This document shows, in pieces, positions 17,836 through 27,688 of a stretch of 64,000 nucleotides of DNA; position 1 is the first letter of the stretch, and the number at the start of each line of letters is the position of its first letter. Under the pieces are notes generated by a model. That model searched no databases and was not told where the DNA came from. It saw nothing but the letters and a program-made list of their open reading frames with translations. The DNA comes from an uncultured Pseudomonadales bacterium (GTDB lineage: Bacteria; Patescibacteriota; Microgenomatia; UBA1400; PJMF01): NCBI GenBank assembly GCA_964633875.1, contig CAZWKL010000005.1:12412-76411 (forward strand). Direction: 5' to 3'. Both the position numbers and the translations under genes were made by a program.

Positions 17836-20127
17836 ATGCAATTCAAATTAAGCTCCCGGTTTCAGCCCACCGGTGACCAGCCAGACGCCATTACCAAGCT
17901 CACTCAGGGCATCCTTAATGGCAAACAACACCAAACTCTCCTTGGTGTTACTGGTAGTGGCAAAACCTTTACCATGGCCAATGTAATTGAGCGGGTGCAA
18001 AAACCCACACTCGTCATTGCCCACAATAAAACTTTAGCTGCTCAACTTTACCAAGAATTCCGCGACTTTTTCCCAAATAATGCCGTCAGCTACTTTGTTT
18101 CTTATTATGATTATTACCAGCCGGAGGCCTACATTCCCACCACCGATACCTACATTGAAAAAGAAGCCACCATCAACGACGAAATCGACAAGCTCCGCTT
18201 GGCCACCACCACCAACTTGCTTACCAGGCCGGACAGTATTGTAGTGGCTTCGGTTTCGTGCATTTACAACCTGGGCAATCCAGTTGAGTACGGCCGCTAC
18301 ATGCTCAGGCTGGTTGAGGGCGAAGTGATCTCGCGCGAAACTTTGCTGCTGCAGTTGGCCAACTTGCAGTACGACCGTAGCGACAATGAGTTCAGGCGTG
18401 GCACTTATCGTTTGCGTGGAGACACTTTGCATCTCTGGCCAGCCTATGAAGACAAAGCGCTCCGGATTGATACTTTAGAAAATCAAATTGAATCAATTAA
18501 ATGGATCGACCCAATTTCCGGCATCGTGGTTACTCCCGACAATGACAGCCTTGGCCCCAACAAAACTGAGCAAGGCAAAGAGTTCGTGATTTATCCTGCT
18601 AAACATTACGTCATGAATCCCAAATCCCAGAACCAGGCTTTGGCAGAGATTCGCCAGGATTTGCAGCTCAGACTTGAAGCCTTGAAAGCGGAAAACAAAA
18701 TCGTTGAGGCTTACCGTCTCGAGCAAAAAGTCCAGTATGATCTGGAAATGATGCAAGAGTTTGGTTATGTCAATGGCATTGAGAACTACTCTCGTTACTT
18801 TGAAGAACGCGGTCCGGGCGATCCTCCTTACACCCTCCTTGATTATTTCCAGGCCAATGCGGATGAGTTCGCCGGCGGTTCATACCTCACCATCATTGAT
18901 GAAAGTCATATCACTTTGCCACAAATTAAAGGCATGCATAATGGTGATCGCGCCCGCAAAGAAACCCTCATCGAGTACGGCTTCCGCTTGCCCAGCGCCC
19001 TGGATAACCGGCCGCTCAAGTTTGAGGAGTTTATGAAAGCCTCCCGCCAGCTCACTTATGTTTCGGCCACTCCCGAGCAACTGGAGTTGTCACTTTCAGG
19101 TCATCAAGTAATCGAGCAACTAATCCGGCCCACCGGACTGGTAGACCCCAATATTGAACTGCGCCCGATAGACGGCCAGATAGAAGACTTGGTGATTGAA
19201 GTGCTCATCCGCAAGCAATTCGGCCAAAGAGTCCTAGTCACCACCCTCACCAAAAAAATGTCGGAGGCGCTGACCGATTACCTCAACAGTCCGGAAAAAA
19301 TTGACAAGCTCGTGGCCAACTACCAAGAAAAAATGGTGGCCGAGAAAGAGCGCCGCCTGGACTCGGCTGAGAATCTGGAAACAATCTGGCGCCAGGAGCA
19401 ATTGCCGATTGAACAGATGGCGATCGGGGCGATTGAGCCCAAATACTATCACCATCTGGGCAAAACCGACGCTACTCATCTCGACCTCAATAATCTCGAT
19501 TATCCCAAGGTGGCCTATCTGCACTCAGATATCGAAACCTTGGAGCGCTCTGACATTCTCGACGATCTCCGGCGAGGTGAGTACGATGTTGTCGTCGGCA
19601 TCAACCTCCTGAGAGAAGGCCTGGACTTGCCCGAAGTTTCCCTGGTGGCTATTCTTGATGCTGACAAAGCCGGCTTTCTTAGATCACGCACTTCTCTTAT
19701 TCAAACTATGGGCCGGGGCGCCAGGCATATTGAGGGTCACGCCATTCTTTACGCTGACTTTCTTACTGCCGGAATTAAGCAAGCTGTAGAAGAAACTCTT
19801 AGGAGAAGAGAGACGCAAATCAAATATAATCAGGATCGTGACATCACTCCCACCTCGATTATCAAGCCCATCCGCAAAAGAATGATTGAAAAGAAGGCAG
19901 AGGAGGAGGCTGATGAATCTGACTACACCGCGGGTACTGAGCCCATCATCGTGCAACTCACTAAAAATGAGCAAATCGACCTCAACAGAATCGAGGCCGC
20001 GGCTCTCACGCCATATGACAGAAAAAAATTAGCGGAGAAACTGCGTCGCCGCATGGGGCAAGCAGCCAAAGATATGGATTTTGAGCTGGCGGCGTTGCTG
20101 AGGGACAAGATTAAGGAACTTAATTAA
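17836..20127 (+). CDS. uvrB: Excinuclease ABC subunit B
   Basis: PTGDQP, GVTGSGKT, YYDYYQPEAY, DESH, GINLLREGLDLPEV; start set at MQFKL. Confidence 0.98.
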   Translation: MQFKLSSRFQPTGDQPDAITKLTQGILNGKQHQTLLGVTGSGKTFTMANVIERVQKPTLVIAHNKTLAAQLYQEFRDFFPNNAVSYFVSYYDYYQPEAYIPTTDTYIEKEATINDEIDKLRLATTTNLLTRPDSIVVASVSCIYNLGNPVEYGRYMLRLVEGEVISRETLLLQLANLQYDRSDNEFRRGTYRLRGDTLHLWPAYEDKALRIDTLENQIESIKWIDPISGIVVTPDNDSLGPNKTEQGKEFVIYPAKHYVMNPKSQNQALAEIRQDLQLRLEALKAENKIVEAYRLEQKVQYDLEMMQEFGYVNGIENYSRYFEERGPGDPPYTLLDYFQANADEFAGGSYLTIIDESHITLPQIKGMHNGDRARKETLIEYGFRLPSALDNRPLKFEEFMKASRQLTYVSATPEQLELSLSGHQVIEQLIRPTGLVDPNIELRPIDGQIEDLVIEVLIRKQFGQRVLVTTLTKKMSEALTDYLNSPEKIDKLVANYQEKMVAEKERRLDSAENLETIWRQEQLPIEQMAIGAIEPKYYHHLGKTDATHLDLNNLDYPKVAYLHSDIETLERSDILDDLRRGEYDVVVGINLLREGLDLPEVSLVAILDADKAGFLRSRTSLIQTMGRGARHIEGHAILYADFLTAGIKQAVEETLRRRETQIKYNQDRDITPTSIIKPIRKRMIEKKAEEEADESDYTAGTEPIIVQLTKNEQIDLNRIEAAALTPYDRKKLAEKLRRRMGQAAKDMDFELAALLRDKIKELN

Positions 20128-20128
20128 A

Positions 20129-23110
20129 ATGCAAAAACTAGATAAAATCATCATCGAGGGCGCCCGCGAACACAACCTCAAAAACATCAATGTAGAGATA
20201 CCAAAAAATCAGTTGGTGGTTTTTACCGGCTTGTCAGGCAGTGGCAAAAGTTCGCTGGCTTTCGATACTTTGTATGCTGAAGGTCAGCGGCGTTATGTGG
20301 AAAGCCTCAGCTCTTACGCTCGGCAGTTTTTGGGCATTATGCGCAAGCCTGATGTGGATCATATTGAAGGTCTCTCGCCGGCCATCTCGATAGATCAGAA
20401 AACCACTTCACACAACCCGCGCTCTACCGTCGGCACTATCACCGAGATTTATGATTACCTCCGGCTGCTTTATGCGCGGATCGGCCACCCTCACTGTCCC
20501 CAATGCGGCAAAGAAATATCCACCCAATCTGTCGATCAGATTTTGGACCAGATTATTAATGAGTTTGCCAATCGCGCCGCCACCGGCCAACCGGTGAGAG
20601 CGCTTATTCTGGCTCCGGTGGTGCGCCAGCGCAAAGGAGAGTTTGGTTCGCTTTTTAATAATATCCGGCAAGCAGGCTACCAACGCGCCCGAATAGACGG
20701 CACTATTTATGATCTGGCTGAAGACTTAACTTTAATCAAAACCAACAAACACAGCATTAGCGTGGTGATTGATCGCTTGGTCATTGCCGCCAAACAGCTT
20801 AAAGACGAAGAAGAGTACAAAACTCAGCGCCGACGCATCTCCCAATCTATCGAAGAAGCGCTGAAGTTAGCCGATGGCCTGGCGACTGTTTCTTTTATCG
20901 AAGACGACTCCCTCAGTTTTCCCGAGAACCCCAAGCAATTCACTGACAAATTATTCAGCGAGAAACGAGCTTGCAGCGACTGCGGCATTTCTATTCCCGA
21001 GATCGAACCACGGCTTTTCTCTTTCAACTCGCCTCAGGGCGCCTGTCCTACCTGCAATGGCCTTGGGAACTTGCTCAAAATCAATGAAAATAAAATGCTG
21101 GCTCCGGCGCTCACTCTCAGTGAAGGCGCTATTATCCCGTTTTCAAGAACACTGAGCCAAGACACTTGGTGGGCGCGTTTGGTGCGGGTGGTGGTGGAAA
21201 ATCAAGGCTACGATTTTCGCAAAACTCCCTACGAAGCTATGGATGAAGATACTCAAAAAATCCTACTACACGGCTCTGAGCAGGTTTACCGGGTAGAGGG
21301 GGAAAATCGGCAAGGCAGGCAGACAGTGATCCACGAAACTTTTGAGGGTTTTATCACCAATCTGGAGCGTCGCTACGAAGAAACAGACTCAGATTACATT
21401 CGCAGAGACATTGAGCAATACATGGAACGGCAAATTTGCCCTCAGTGTCGTGGCACCAGGCTTAAAGAAGAGGCTCTGAGCGTGCATATTGAAGGCAGGC
21501 ACATTGCTCAGGTTACCGGCTTGGCTTTGAAAAAAACTTTAGCTTGGGCAGAGCAGCTCTGGGCAGGCGAGATTTTGACTGCCAAAGAAAAAGTCATCGG
21601 CGAATCAATTCTCAAAGAAATTATTTCCCGGCTCAAATTCCTTAATGCCGTTGGTCTTAATTACCTGAGCCTGGATCGGGAGGCTAGCACTTTGGCTGGC
21701 GGCGAGGCGCAAAGAATCCGCCTGGCGTCGCAAATTGGCACCGGCTTGACCGGAGTGCTTTATATCCTGGATGAACCGACCATTGGCCTGCACCAGCGCG
21801 ACAATCATCAACTCATCGAAACTCTCAAAAATCTTCAGCAAAAAGGCAATACGGTGGTGGTAGTTGAGCATGACCGTGATTTGATGAAGGCCGCCGATTA
21901 CATCATTGATTTCGGCCCTAAAGCAGGCAAGCACGGCGGAGAAGTGGTGGCGGTGGGCACTCCGGCAGAAATTATGAGTAATAACAACTCCATTACCGGC
22001 CAGTACCTGAAGCGCAAAAAGGATGTCGTGCTTAAAAAACCCAACCAAGAGAGAAGAGTTGTGCCCGATGATGAAGTGCCCAGCAAAACTCAGTCGGGAG
22101 CAAAAATCAGAATTGTTGGCGCCAATCATCACAACCTCAAAAATATTGACGTTGAGTTTCCGCTCAGCAAATTTGTTTGTATCACCGGCATTTCTGGCTC
22201 CGGCAAATCAACCTTGCTGCACGAAACTCTTTATCCTCACCTGGCTAAAAGTCTGGATCGTGCTACTGAAATTATACCCGGCCCAATCGCTAGTATTACT
22301 GTCCCCGACGCAGTCAGGCGAGTGAGTTTGATCGACCAAAGCCCGATTGGCAGAACCCCGCGGTCTAATCCGGCCACTTACACCAAAATTTTCGATTATA
22401 TCCGCAAAACTTTTGCCAACACTCAGGAAGCTAAAATCCGTGGTTACCAATCGGGCAGGTTTAGTTTTAATGTCAAAGGCGGGCGCTGCGAAGCTTGTCA
22501 GGGTGACGGTCAAATCAAAATCGAAATGCAGTTTTTGCCTGACGTTTATGTTACTTGTGATGTCTGTGAAGGCAAGCGCTACAACTCCGAAACGCTGGAA
22601 GTAGAGTACCGCGGCAAGAATATTTATCAGGTCCTCAAAATGACGATTGAAGATGCTTATGAATTTTTTGAGCACAACAGCACCATTCGTGGCAAACTGA
22701 AAACCCTACTTGACGTGGGGCTGGGATATATCGAACTCGGCCAGCCCGCTCCCACTCTGAGTGGTGGTGAAGCGCAAAGGGTTAAGCTGGCCAGAGAACT
22801 GTCAACTCGTACCTATGACCACGTGGTTTACATGCTTGATGAACCCACTACCGGCCTGCACTTCGCCGACATCCAAAAACTGCTTAAAGTCCTGCAGCAA
22901 CTGGTAAACCAAGGCAATACCGTCATTACCATCGAGCACAATCTTGATGTGATTAAAAATTCAGACTGGATTATTGACCTTGGCCCTGAAGGTGGCGAAG
23001 GTGGTGGTGAAGTTATCGCTGTCGGCACCCCGGCAGCAATTGTCAATGATCCCAATTCTATTACCGGAAAATATTTACGAGAAGAATTCGCAGAAATGGC
23101 TAACAAATAG
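20129..23110 (+). CDS. uvrA: Excinuclease ABC subunit A
   Basis: Two ABC modules (GLSGSGKS, GISGSGKS), zinc fingers, LSGGEAQR. Confidence 0.98.
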   Translation: MQKLDKIIIEGAREHNLKNINVEIPKNQLVVFTGLSGSGKSSLAFDTLYAEGQRRYVESLSSYARQFLGIMRKPDVDHIEGLSPAISIDQKTTSHNPRSTVGTITEIYDYLRLLYARIGHPHCPQCGKEISTQSVDQILDQIINEFANRAATGQPVRALILAPVVRQRKGEFGSLFNNIRQAGYQRARIDGTIYDLAEDLTLIKTNKHSISVVIDRLVIAAKQLKDEEEYKTQRRRISQSIEEALKLADGLATVSFIEDDSLSFPENPKQFTDKLFSEKRACSDCGISIPEIEPRLFSFNSPQGACPTCNGLGNLLKINENKMLAPALTLSEGAIIPFSRTLSQDTWWARLVRVVVENQGYDFRKTPYEAMDEDTQKILLHGSEQVYRVEGENRQGRQTVIHETFEGFITNLERRYEETDSDYIRRDIEQYMERQICPQCRGTRLKEEALSVHIEGRHIAQVTGLALKKTLAWAEQLWAGEILTAKEKVIGESILKEIISRLKFLNAVGLNYLSLDREASTLAGGEAQRIRLASQIGTGLTGVLYILDEPTIGLHQRDNHQLIETLKNLQQKGNTVVVVEHDRDLMKAADYIIDFGPKAGKHGGEVVAVGTPAEIMSNNNSITGQYLKRKKDVVLKKPNQERRVVPDDEVPSKTQSGAKIRIVGANHHNLKNIDVEFPLSKFVCITGISGSGKSTLLHETLYPHLAKSLDRATEIIPGPIASITVPDAVRRVSLIDQSPIGRTPRSNPATYTKIFDYIRKTFANTQEAKIRGYQSGRFSFNVKGGRCEACQGDGQIKIEMQFLPDVYVTCDVCEGKRYNSETLEVEYRGKNIYQVLKMTIEDAYEFFEHNSTIRGKLKTLLDVGLGYIELGQPAPTLSGGEAQRVKLARELSTRTYDHVVYMLDEPTTGLHFADIQKLLKVLQQLVNQGNTVITIEHNLDVIKNSDWIIDLGPEGGEGGGEVIAVGTPAAIVNDPNSITGKYLREEFAEMANK

Positions 23111-23138
23111 CTCACAAAAACGTTACAATGTTGATAAT

Positions 23139-25028
23139 ATGCGTAAATTGTTGAGAATCATCGCCGTGTTTTTTGCGGCCGTTTTTGTTTTTGGCAGAAC
23201 GCCGGTTTTGATCAAGGCCCAAACACCAAGCGTCAATGAATTCCACACCAAGCTCGTTACTACCTATCTGGTGGATCAAGCTGGTAACTCGAGGGTAAAA
23301 CATGATTACACTATTAAAAATCTCACCCCAACTGCCTTTATCAAACAATACACTCTTACCTTAGCTTACCCCAACCTTAGCAATATCGAAGTAACTGAAA
23401 GCGGTCGGAAAATCAATGCCGATATCAGTGAAGCAAAACCTCTTACCACTATTGTTATCACCTTTCCTCAGGACGTAGTTGGCGAAAACAAGATTAGAAA
23501 TTTCTCTATTGAATATGTAAACCCGGATTTAGCTTCAATCGGCGGTAATTCTTTGGAAATACACGCTCCCGAACTGGCAAATCCTGAACAATACAATGAG
23601 CATGAGGTCATTCTCGTCACCCCGATCAAGTACGGTAATCCCATTCGTTCCAACCACGCAATCGCCAACAAAACCATCACCGAACAAGGTATCAGAACTA
23701 CTTTCTACGGGCTTGGAGGCAAAGCGCTTTCAGTCTTGTTCGGCGATAAACAAATCTACTCACTGACACTCAGATACAATCTGGAAAACCTCAGTAGCTC
23801 GGCCGCGTTTACCCAAATCGCTCTCCCTCCCGATACAGCCTTTCAAAAAATGCATTATCACTCCCTTGATCCGCTACCTCAGGAAATGAAAAGAGACGCT
23901 GACGGCAACTGGATTGCCAAATACAACCTGCCTGCCAACAGCATTACCCCAGTTTACCTGACTGCCAACGCTCAGATCACTCTGGAGCCACAGCCAGAAA
24001 TAAAAGTTTTACCACCCAATCAACTCCACACCAAAAAGGCAGATTACTGGGACACTCGCAATTCCCGAGTAGCTGGTGAAGCCTCCCTCCATCGCACCCC
24101 TGAAGATATCTACAATTTTGTCACCAAAACCTTGCAATACTCGTACGATTTTGCTGCTACTCAAAATCGACTCGGCGCCGTTAAAGCTTTGGATAAACCG
24201 GATCAGGCAGTCTGTCAAGAATTTACCGACCTTTTTGTTGCCATGTCTCGAGCGAACAACATTCCTACCAGAAGACTAACTGGCTTTGCTTACAGCCAAA
24301 ACGACACTCTGCGCCCGTCCAGTTTTAATGGCGACATCCTGCACGCCTGGCCGGAATACTTTGATAATGACAAAAATTTGTGGATCCAAGTAGATCCAAC
24401 TTGGGGCAACACTACAGGCGGCGTGGATTACTTTCATCAGTTTGATCTCAATCATATAGTTTTTGCCATCAACGGCACTTCCAGCACTACCCCTTTTCCG
24501 GCCGGATCATATAAAGTAGAGGATGAAGAAACCAAAGATGTTGAAGTGACCTTTGCCAACGAGTTTCCGAAAGTTGAACCAAACTTTTCACTCAATTTCC
24601 AACCGGCCAAAGTGTTGGGTATTTCCCTGCCGGGTTTCTACAACCTCACCATTACCAACAACACTGGACAAGCGTGGTACGATATTGACGCAAGGTTTAA
24701 TTACGCTCGAGATGCAGCACAACTAAACAGAGGAGAAAACCTAGAAATTCCTGCCTTATTGCCATTTCAAACCCAAACTTTTGCCATCACGGCTCACACC
24801 CCACAGTGGCAAATTATCAATGATCTATCGGTCAGTATCGAATTAACCTCGGCAGCTAATCCTCAAACAGCAAGCACAGTACTATATGAAAGCCAAGAAA
24901 ATTACCTTAAAGCCGGACCAGCCATCATCGAACACATTAAAAACACCCAAGTGGTCGTTGGTGTGGGCGTCGGCCTTATCCTCCTTACCCTCATCGGCGG
25001 GAGTATATTGGTTTTTAGACGAACATAA
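23139..25028 (+). CDS. Secreted, C-terminally anchored transglutaminase-like protein
   Basis: Signal peptide; AVCQEF, HAWPEY, VDPTW (Cys-His-Asp triad); C-terminal TM. Confidence 0.85.
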   Translation: MRKLLRIIAVFFAAVFVFGRTPVLIKAQTPSVNEFHTKLVTTYLVDQAGNSRVKHDYTIKNLTPTAFIKQYTLTLAYPNLSNIEVTESGRKINADISEAKPLTTIVITFPQDVVGENKIRNFSIEYVNPDLASIGGNSLEIHAPELANPEQYNEHEVILVTPIKYGNPIRSNHAIANKTITEQGIRTTFYGLGGKALSVLFGDKQIYSLTLRYNLENLSSSAAFTQIALPPDTAFQKMHYHSLDPLPQEMKRDADGNWIAKYNLPANSITPVYLTANAQITLEPQPEIKVLPPNQLHTKKADYWDTRNSRVAGEASLHRTPEDIYNFVTKTLQYSYDFAATQNRLGAVKALDKPDQAVCQEFTDLFVAMSRANNIPTRRLTGFAYSQNDTLRPSSFNGDILHAWPEYFDNDKNLWIQVDPTWGNTTGGVDYFHQFDLNHIVFAINGTSSTTPFPAGSYKVEDEETKDVEVTFANEFPKVEPNFSLNFQPAKVLGISLPGFYNLTITNNTGQAWYDIDARFNYARDAAQLNRGENLEIPALLPFQTQTFAITAHTPQWQIINDLSVSIELTSAANPQTASTVLYESQENYLKAGPAIIEHIKNTQVVVGVGVGLILLTLIGGSILVFRRT

Positions 25029-26310
25029 TCTTGTTCTTTACGTCGGTAAAGCCAAAAACCTCAAAAAGCGAGTTCAGTCTTACACCCGCTTCGGGCAACT
25101 TTCTAACCGAATCAGGCAACTGGTGAAAGTGGCCACGAAAGTCAAGTTTAAAGAGCTGCCCAGCGAACTGGAAGCCCTACTCACGGAAGCTGAGCTGATT
25201 CGCCGCTACCAACCTCAATATAATGTTCTACTTAAAGACGATAAAAGTCCTCTTTATATTCATATTACTAACGAAATTTATCCTCGAGTCCTGCAAGTTA
25301 GAAAAAAAGAGCTTAACACCAACAATCTCAGGGGCACCATTCTTGGTCCCTTTCCGAGCGCTTACAAAGTTAAGGAAGTTTTGCAAATCGCACGAAAAAT
25401 TTTTCCCTGGTGCAACCGAGCGGGCAATCTTGAACAGAAAAACAACAAAGCCAAGTTGACTCCATGTTTTTATTATCATATTGATCAGTGCAATGGCGCC
25501 TGTATTGAAAAAATCAGCCCTCAAGAGTATCGGGAGAACATTAACCAGCTTATTATTTTCCTCAAAGGTAAAAAATCGGTTGTTACCACCCAGCTTAAAA
25601 ATGATCTCGAAGAAGCAATTGGGACCGAAAACTTTGAAGCGGCAGCGGTTTACCGCGATAAATTAACCCTAATAGACGAGGTGACGCAACCCAAAAAAAT
25701 TCTCAAGCCTGAGTTAACCACCCCGGGACTAACTGCCAAAATCGAGCAAGACGGCATTATCTACTTGCAAGACATTCTGTCTACTCACTTGGGCTTACCA
25801 AAGAAGTTTCCTCTGGAAAGAATTGAGGGTTATGATGTCAGCAACACCATGGGCACCAATCCATCGGTAGCGATGGTGACATTTATTGATGGAGTGGCCG
25901 ATCCTTCCCACTACCGGCTTTTCAATATCCGCTCCATCCAAACACCCAACGACTACCAAATGATGAAAGAAGCTATTTCCAGAAGACAAAACAACCGGCA
26001 GTGGGGCCTTCCTGATTTGCTGGTGATTGACGGCGGCAAAGGCCAGGTAAGATCGGCACTGAGTGTTTGGAGTTGGCAGGCTCCGGTCATTGGTCTGGTA
26101 AAAAACCCCGACCGACTGGTTTTGCCCATGCTTGATTGGTCTGCCAGAACTGAGAGCAGTTATTTTGACTTAAAAAACCTGCAGTATCTTGAGCTCAAAC
26201 TCAAGGGAGGCAATCCTGCCTTAAAATTATTGCAGCGTATCCGTAATGAGGCCCACCGTTTTTCCAAAAAACAGCACACCAGAAGACGGCTCAAAAGTAT
26301 GTTTGAGTGA
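24886..26310 (+). CDS. uvrC: Excinuclease ABC subunit C, shortened (no C-terminal HhH)
   Basis: GVYWF/YVGKAKNL GIY-YIG, C-x-C motif, UVR domain, IEGYDVS, IDGGKGQ, RNEAHRF; start may be TTG 24958 or GTG 24961. Confidence 0.9.
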   Translation: MKAKKITLKPDQPSSNTLKTPKWSLVWASALSSLPSSAGVYWFLDEHNLVLYVGKAKNLKKRVQSYTRFGQLSNRIRQLVKVATKVKFKELPSELEALLTEAELIRRYQPQYNVLLKDDKSPLYIHITNEIYPRVLQVRKKELNTNNLRGTILGPFPSAYKVKEVLQIARKIFPWCNRAGNLEQKNNKAKLTPCFYYHIDQCNGACIEKISPQEYRENINQLIIFLKGKKSVVTTQLKNDLEEAIGTENFEAAAVYRDKLTLIDEVTQPKKILKPELTTPGLTAKIEQDGIIYLQDILSTHLGLPKKFPLERIEGYDVSNTMGTNPSVAMVTFIDGVADPSHYRLFNIRSIQTPNDYQMMKEAISRRQNNRQWGLPDLLVIDGGKGQVRSALSVWSWQAPVIGLVKNPDRLVLPMLDWSARTESSYFDLKNLQYLELKLKGGNPALKLLQRIRNEAHRFSKKQHTRRRLKSMFE

Positions 26311-26359
26311 GTCCGGTAACAAACTTGCGCGCCAAGGTCATGGCCCGTATACTGGAAAC

Positions 26360-26716
26360 ATGGTTAGGATTTTGCTTCATACCATTGTGACCTTGGGCTT
26401 GTTGGCAGTCGTGTTGCCCACAGTCAACTTTGCCAGCCTGACAGCTCTGATTTTTGCCAGCATTATTTTTGCTATTTTGTTTCACTTCATCAAACCTATC
26501 TTGAACATACTTCTTTTTCCGGTCAACTTCGTCACTCTTGGCTTATTTTCTGCTTTGATTAATATCTTTTTACTCTGGTTGGTTGAGTATCTGGTGCCGG
26601 GCTTCACCATTCAAGCCATGATTCTGTTTGGCCTGCAGTTAAGCTATTTCTGGACTCTGGCGGTTTTGTCAATGTTGATTGGTTTTACTGGCTCCATAAT
26701 TGGAAAAATAATATAA
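26360..26716 (+). CDS. 4TM phage holin family (YvlD/DUF360-like) membrane protein
   Basis: IKPILNILLFPVNFVTLGLF...IN and VPGF. Confidence 0.8.
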   Translation: MVRILLHTIVTLGLLAVVLPTVNFASLTALIFASIIFAILFHFIKPILNILLFPVNFVTLGLFSALINIFLLWLVEYLVPGFTIQAMILFGLQLSYFWTLAVLSMLIGFTGSIIGKII

Positions 26717-26744
26717 AAATTAGCTAATACGGTATAATTGCACC

Positions 26745-27686
26745 ATGAAAAGCCTCTTTCTCACCGCTCTTGTTTTTTTGTTATCGACTTTTGTCTTAAG
26801 TGCTCGACTGCCTCATCAGGCTGTTGCTCAAGTGCAAGACGAACAAGTGATAGATTTGAGCGTGGCTACCGATGAGGCTGAAGCTACCGGAGAAGCCGAA
26901 ACCGCCAGCCCATCAGCTGATGTTGAGCAGAAAATTCAAGAACAGACAGACAATGACATCACGGAGAGAACTGGGCCACAGCGTAGCCGGCTAACTACCT
27001 ATCTAACTGAAAATCCACCAGCAGAACTGAGTTGGCACAATTTCCTCCAACATGCCATTTACAGCGCGGTCACCAACGGCCTATCGGCCAACATTGTGGT
27101 TTTGCTGATTCTCTTCCCGGTCATTACCTCAGTCATCGCCGCTTTCCGCCACCTTATTGGCCTCAGGGGTTTTGGCGTTTACGCGCCGGCAGTCTTGTCG
27201 GTAGCGCTGGCATCTACCGGAATCACCACCGGGTTGATTGTGTTCTTTATTGTGCTAATGACAGCCTTAATTTTCCGCTCGCTCACCAGAAAACTGCGGC
27301 TCCAGTACCTGCCTAGAACTGCCATGTTGCTGTGGGGAGTATCTTTGGTGGTGCTCCTGTTGATGATTTTCTCAGCCATGTATGAGATGACCTTTTTCAT
27401 GGCGATCAGCATTTTCCCACTGCTGATTATCATGCTGCTCACCGAAAACTTCATAGAAACCCAATTGATGAGCAGCCAATCCCAAGCCGTTCGCTTAACT
27501 ATTGAGACAGTTTTGATTGCCATTGTTGGCTCACTTATCATTGGCTCTGAAACCCTACAAAGAACAGTGATCTTAAATCCTGAAGCTACCATTCTGGGTG
27601 TGGCAGTCATTAACATTCTGGTTGGTAAGTATGCCGGCTTGCGATTTTTGGAATATTTCAGATTTGAATCAATTCTGGAGAGGTAA
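26745..27686 (+). CDS. 7TM domain protein of the type associated with ATP-grasp ligases
   Basis: RHLIGLRGFGVYAP, LQYLPR, FPLLI, GKYAGLRFLEYFRF. Confidence 0.8.
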   Translation: MKSLFLTALVFLLSTFVLSARLPHQAVAQVQDEQVIDLSVATDEAEATGEAETASPSADVEQKIQEQTDNDITERTGPQRSRLTTYLTENPPAELSWHNFLQHAIYSAVTNGLSANIVVLLILFPVITSVIAAFRHLIGLRGFGVYAPAVLSVALASTGITTGLIVFFIVLMTALIFRSLTRKLRLQYLPRTAMLLWGVSLVVLLLMIFSAMYEMTFFMAISIFPLLIIMLLTENFIETQLMSSQSQAVRLTIETVLIAIVGSLIIGSETLQRTVILNPEATILGVAVINILVGKYAGLRFLEYFRFESILER

Positions 27687-27688
27687 TC

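Noticed and set aside
19285-19503. Possible intein in UvrB
   Set aside because: Too short and lacks the terminal His-Asn and Cys/Ser/Thr junctions.
26360-26716. Prophage suggested by a holin-family gene
   Set aside because: This family commonly sits near uvr genes in chromosomes; no phage genes nearby.
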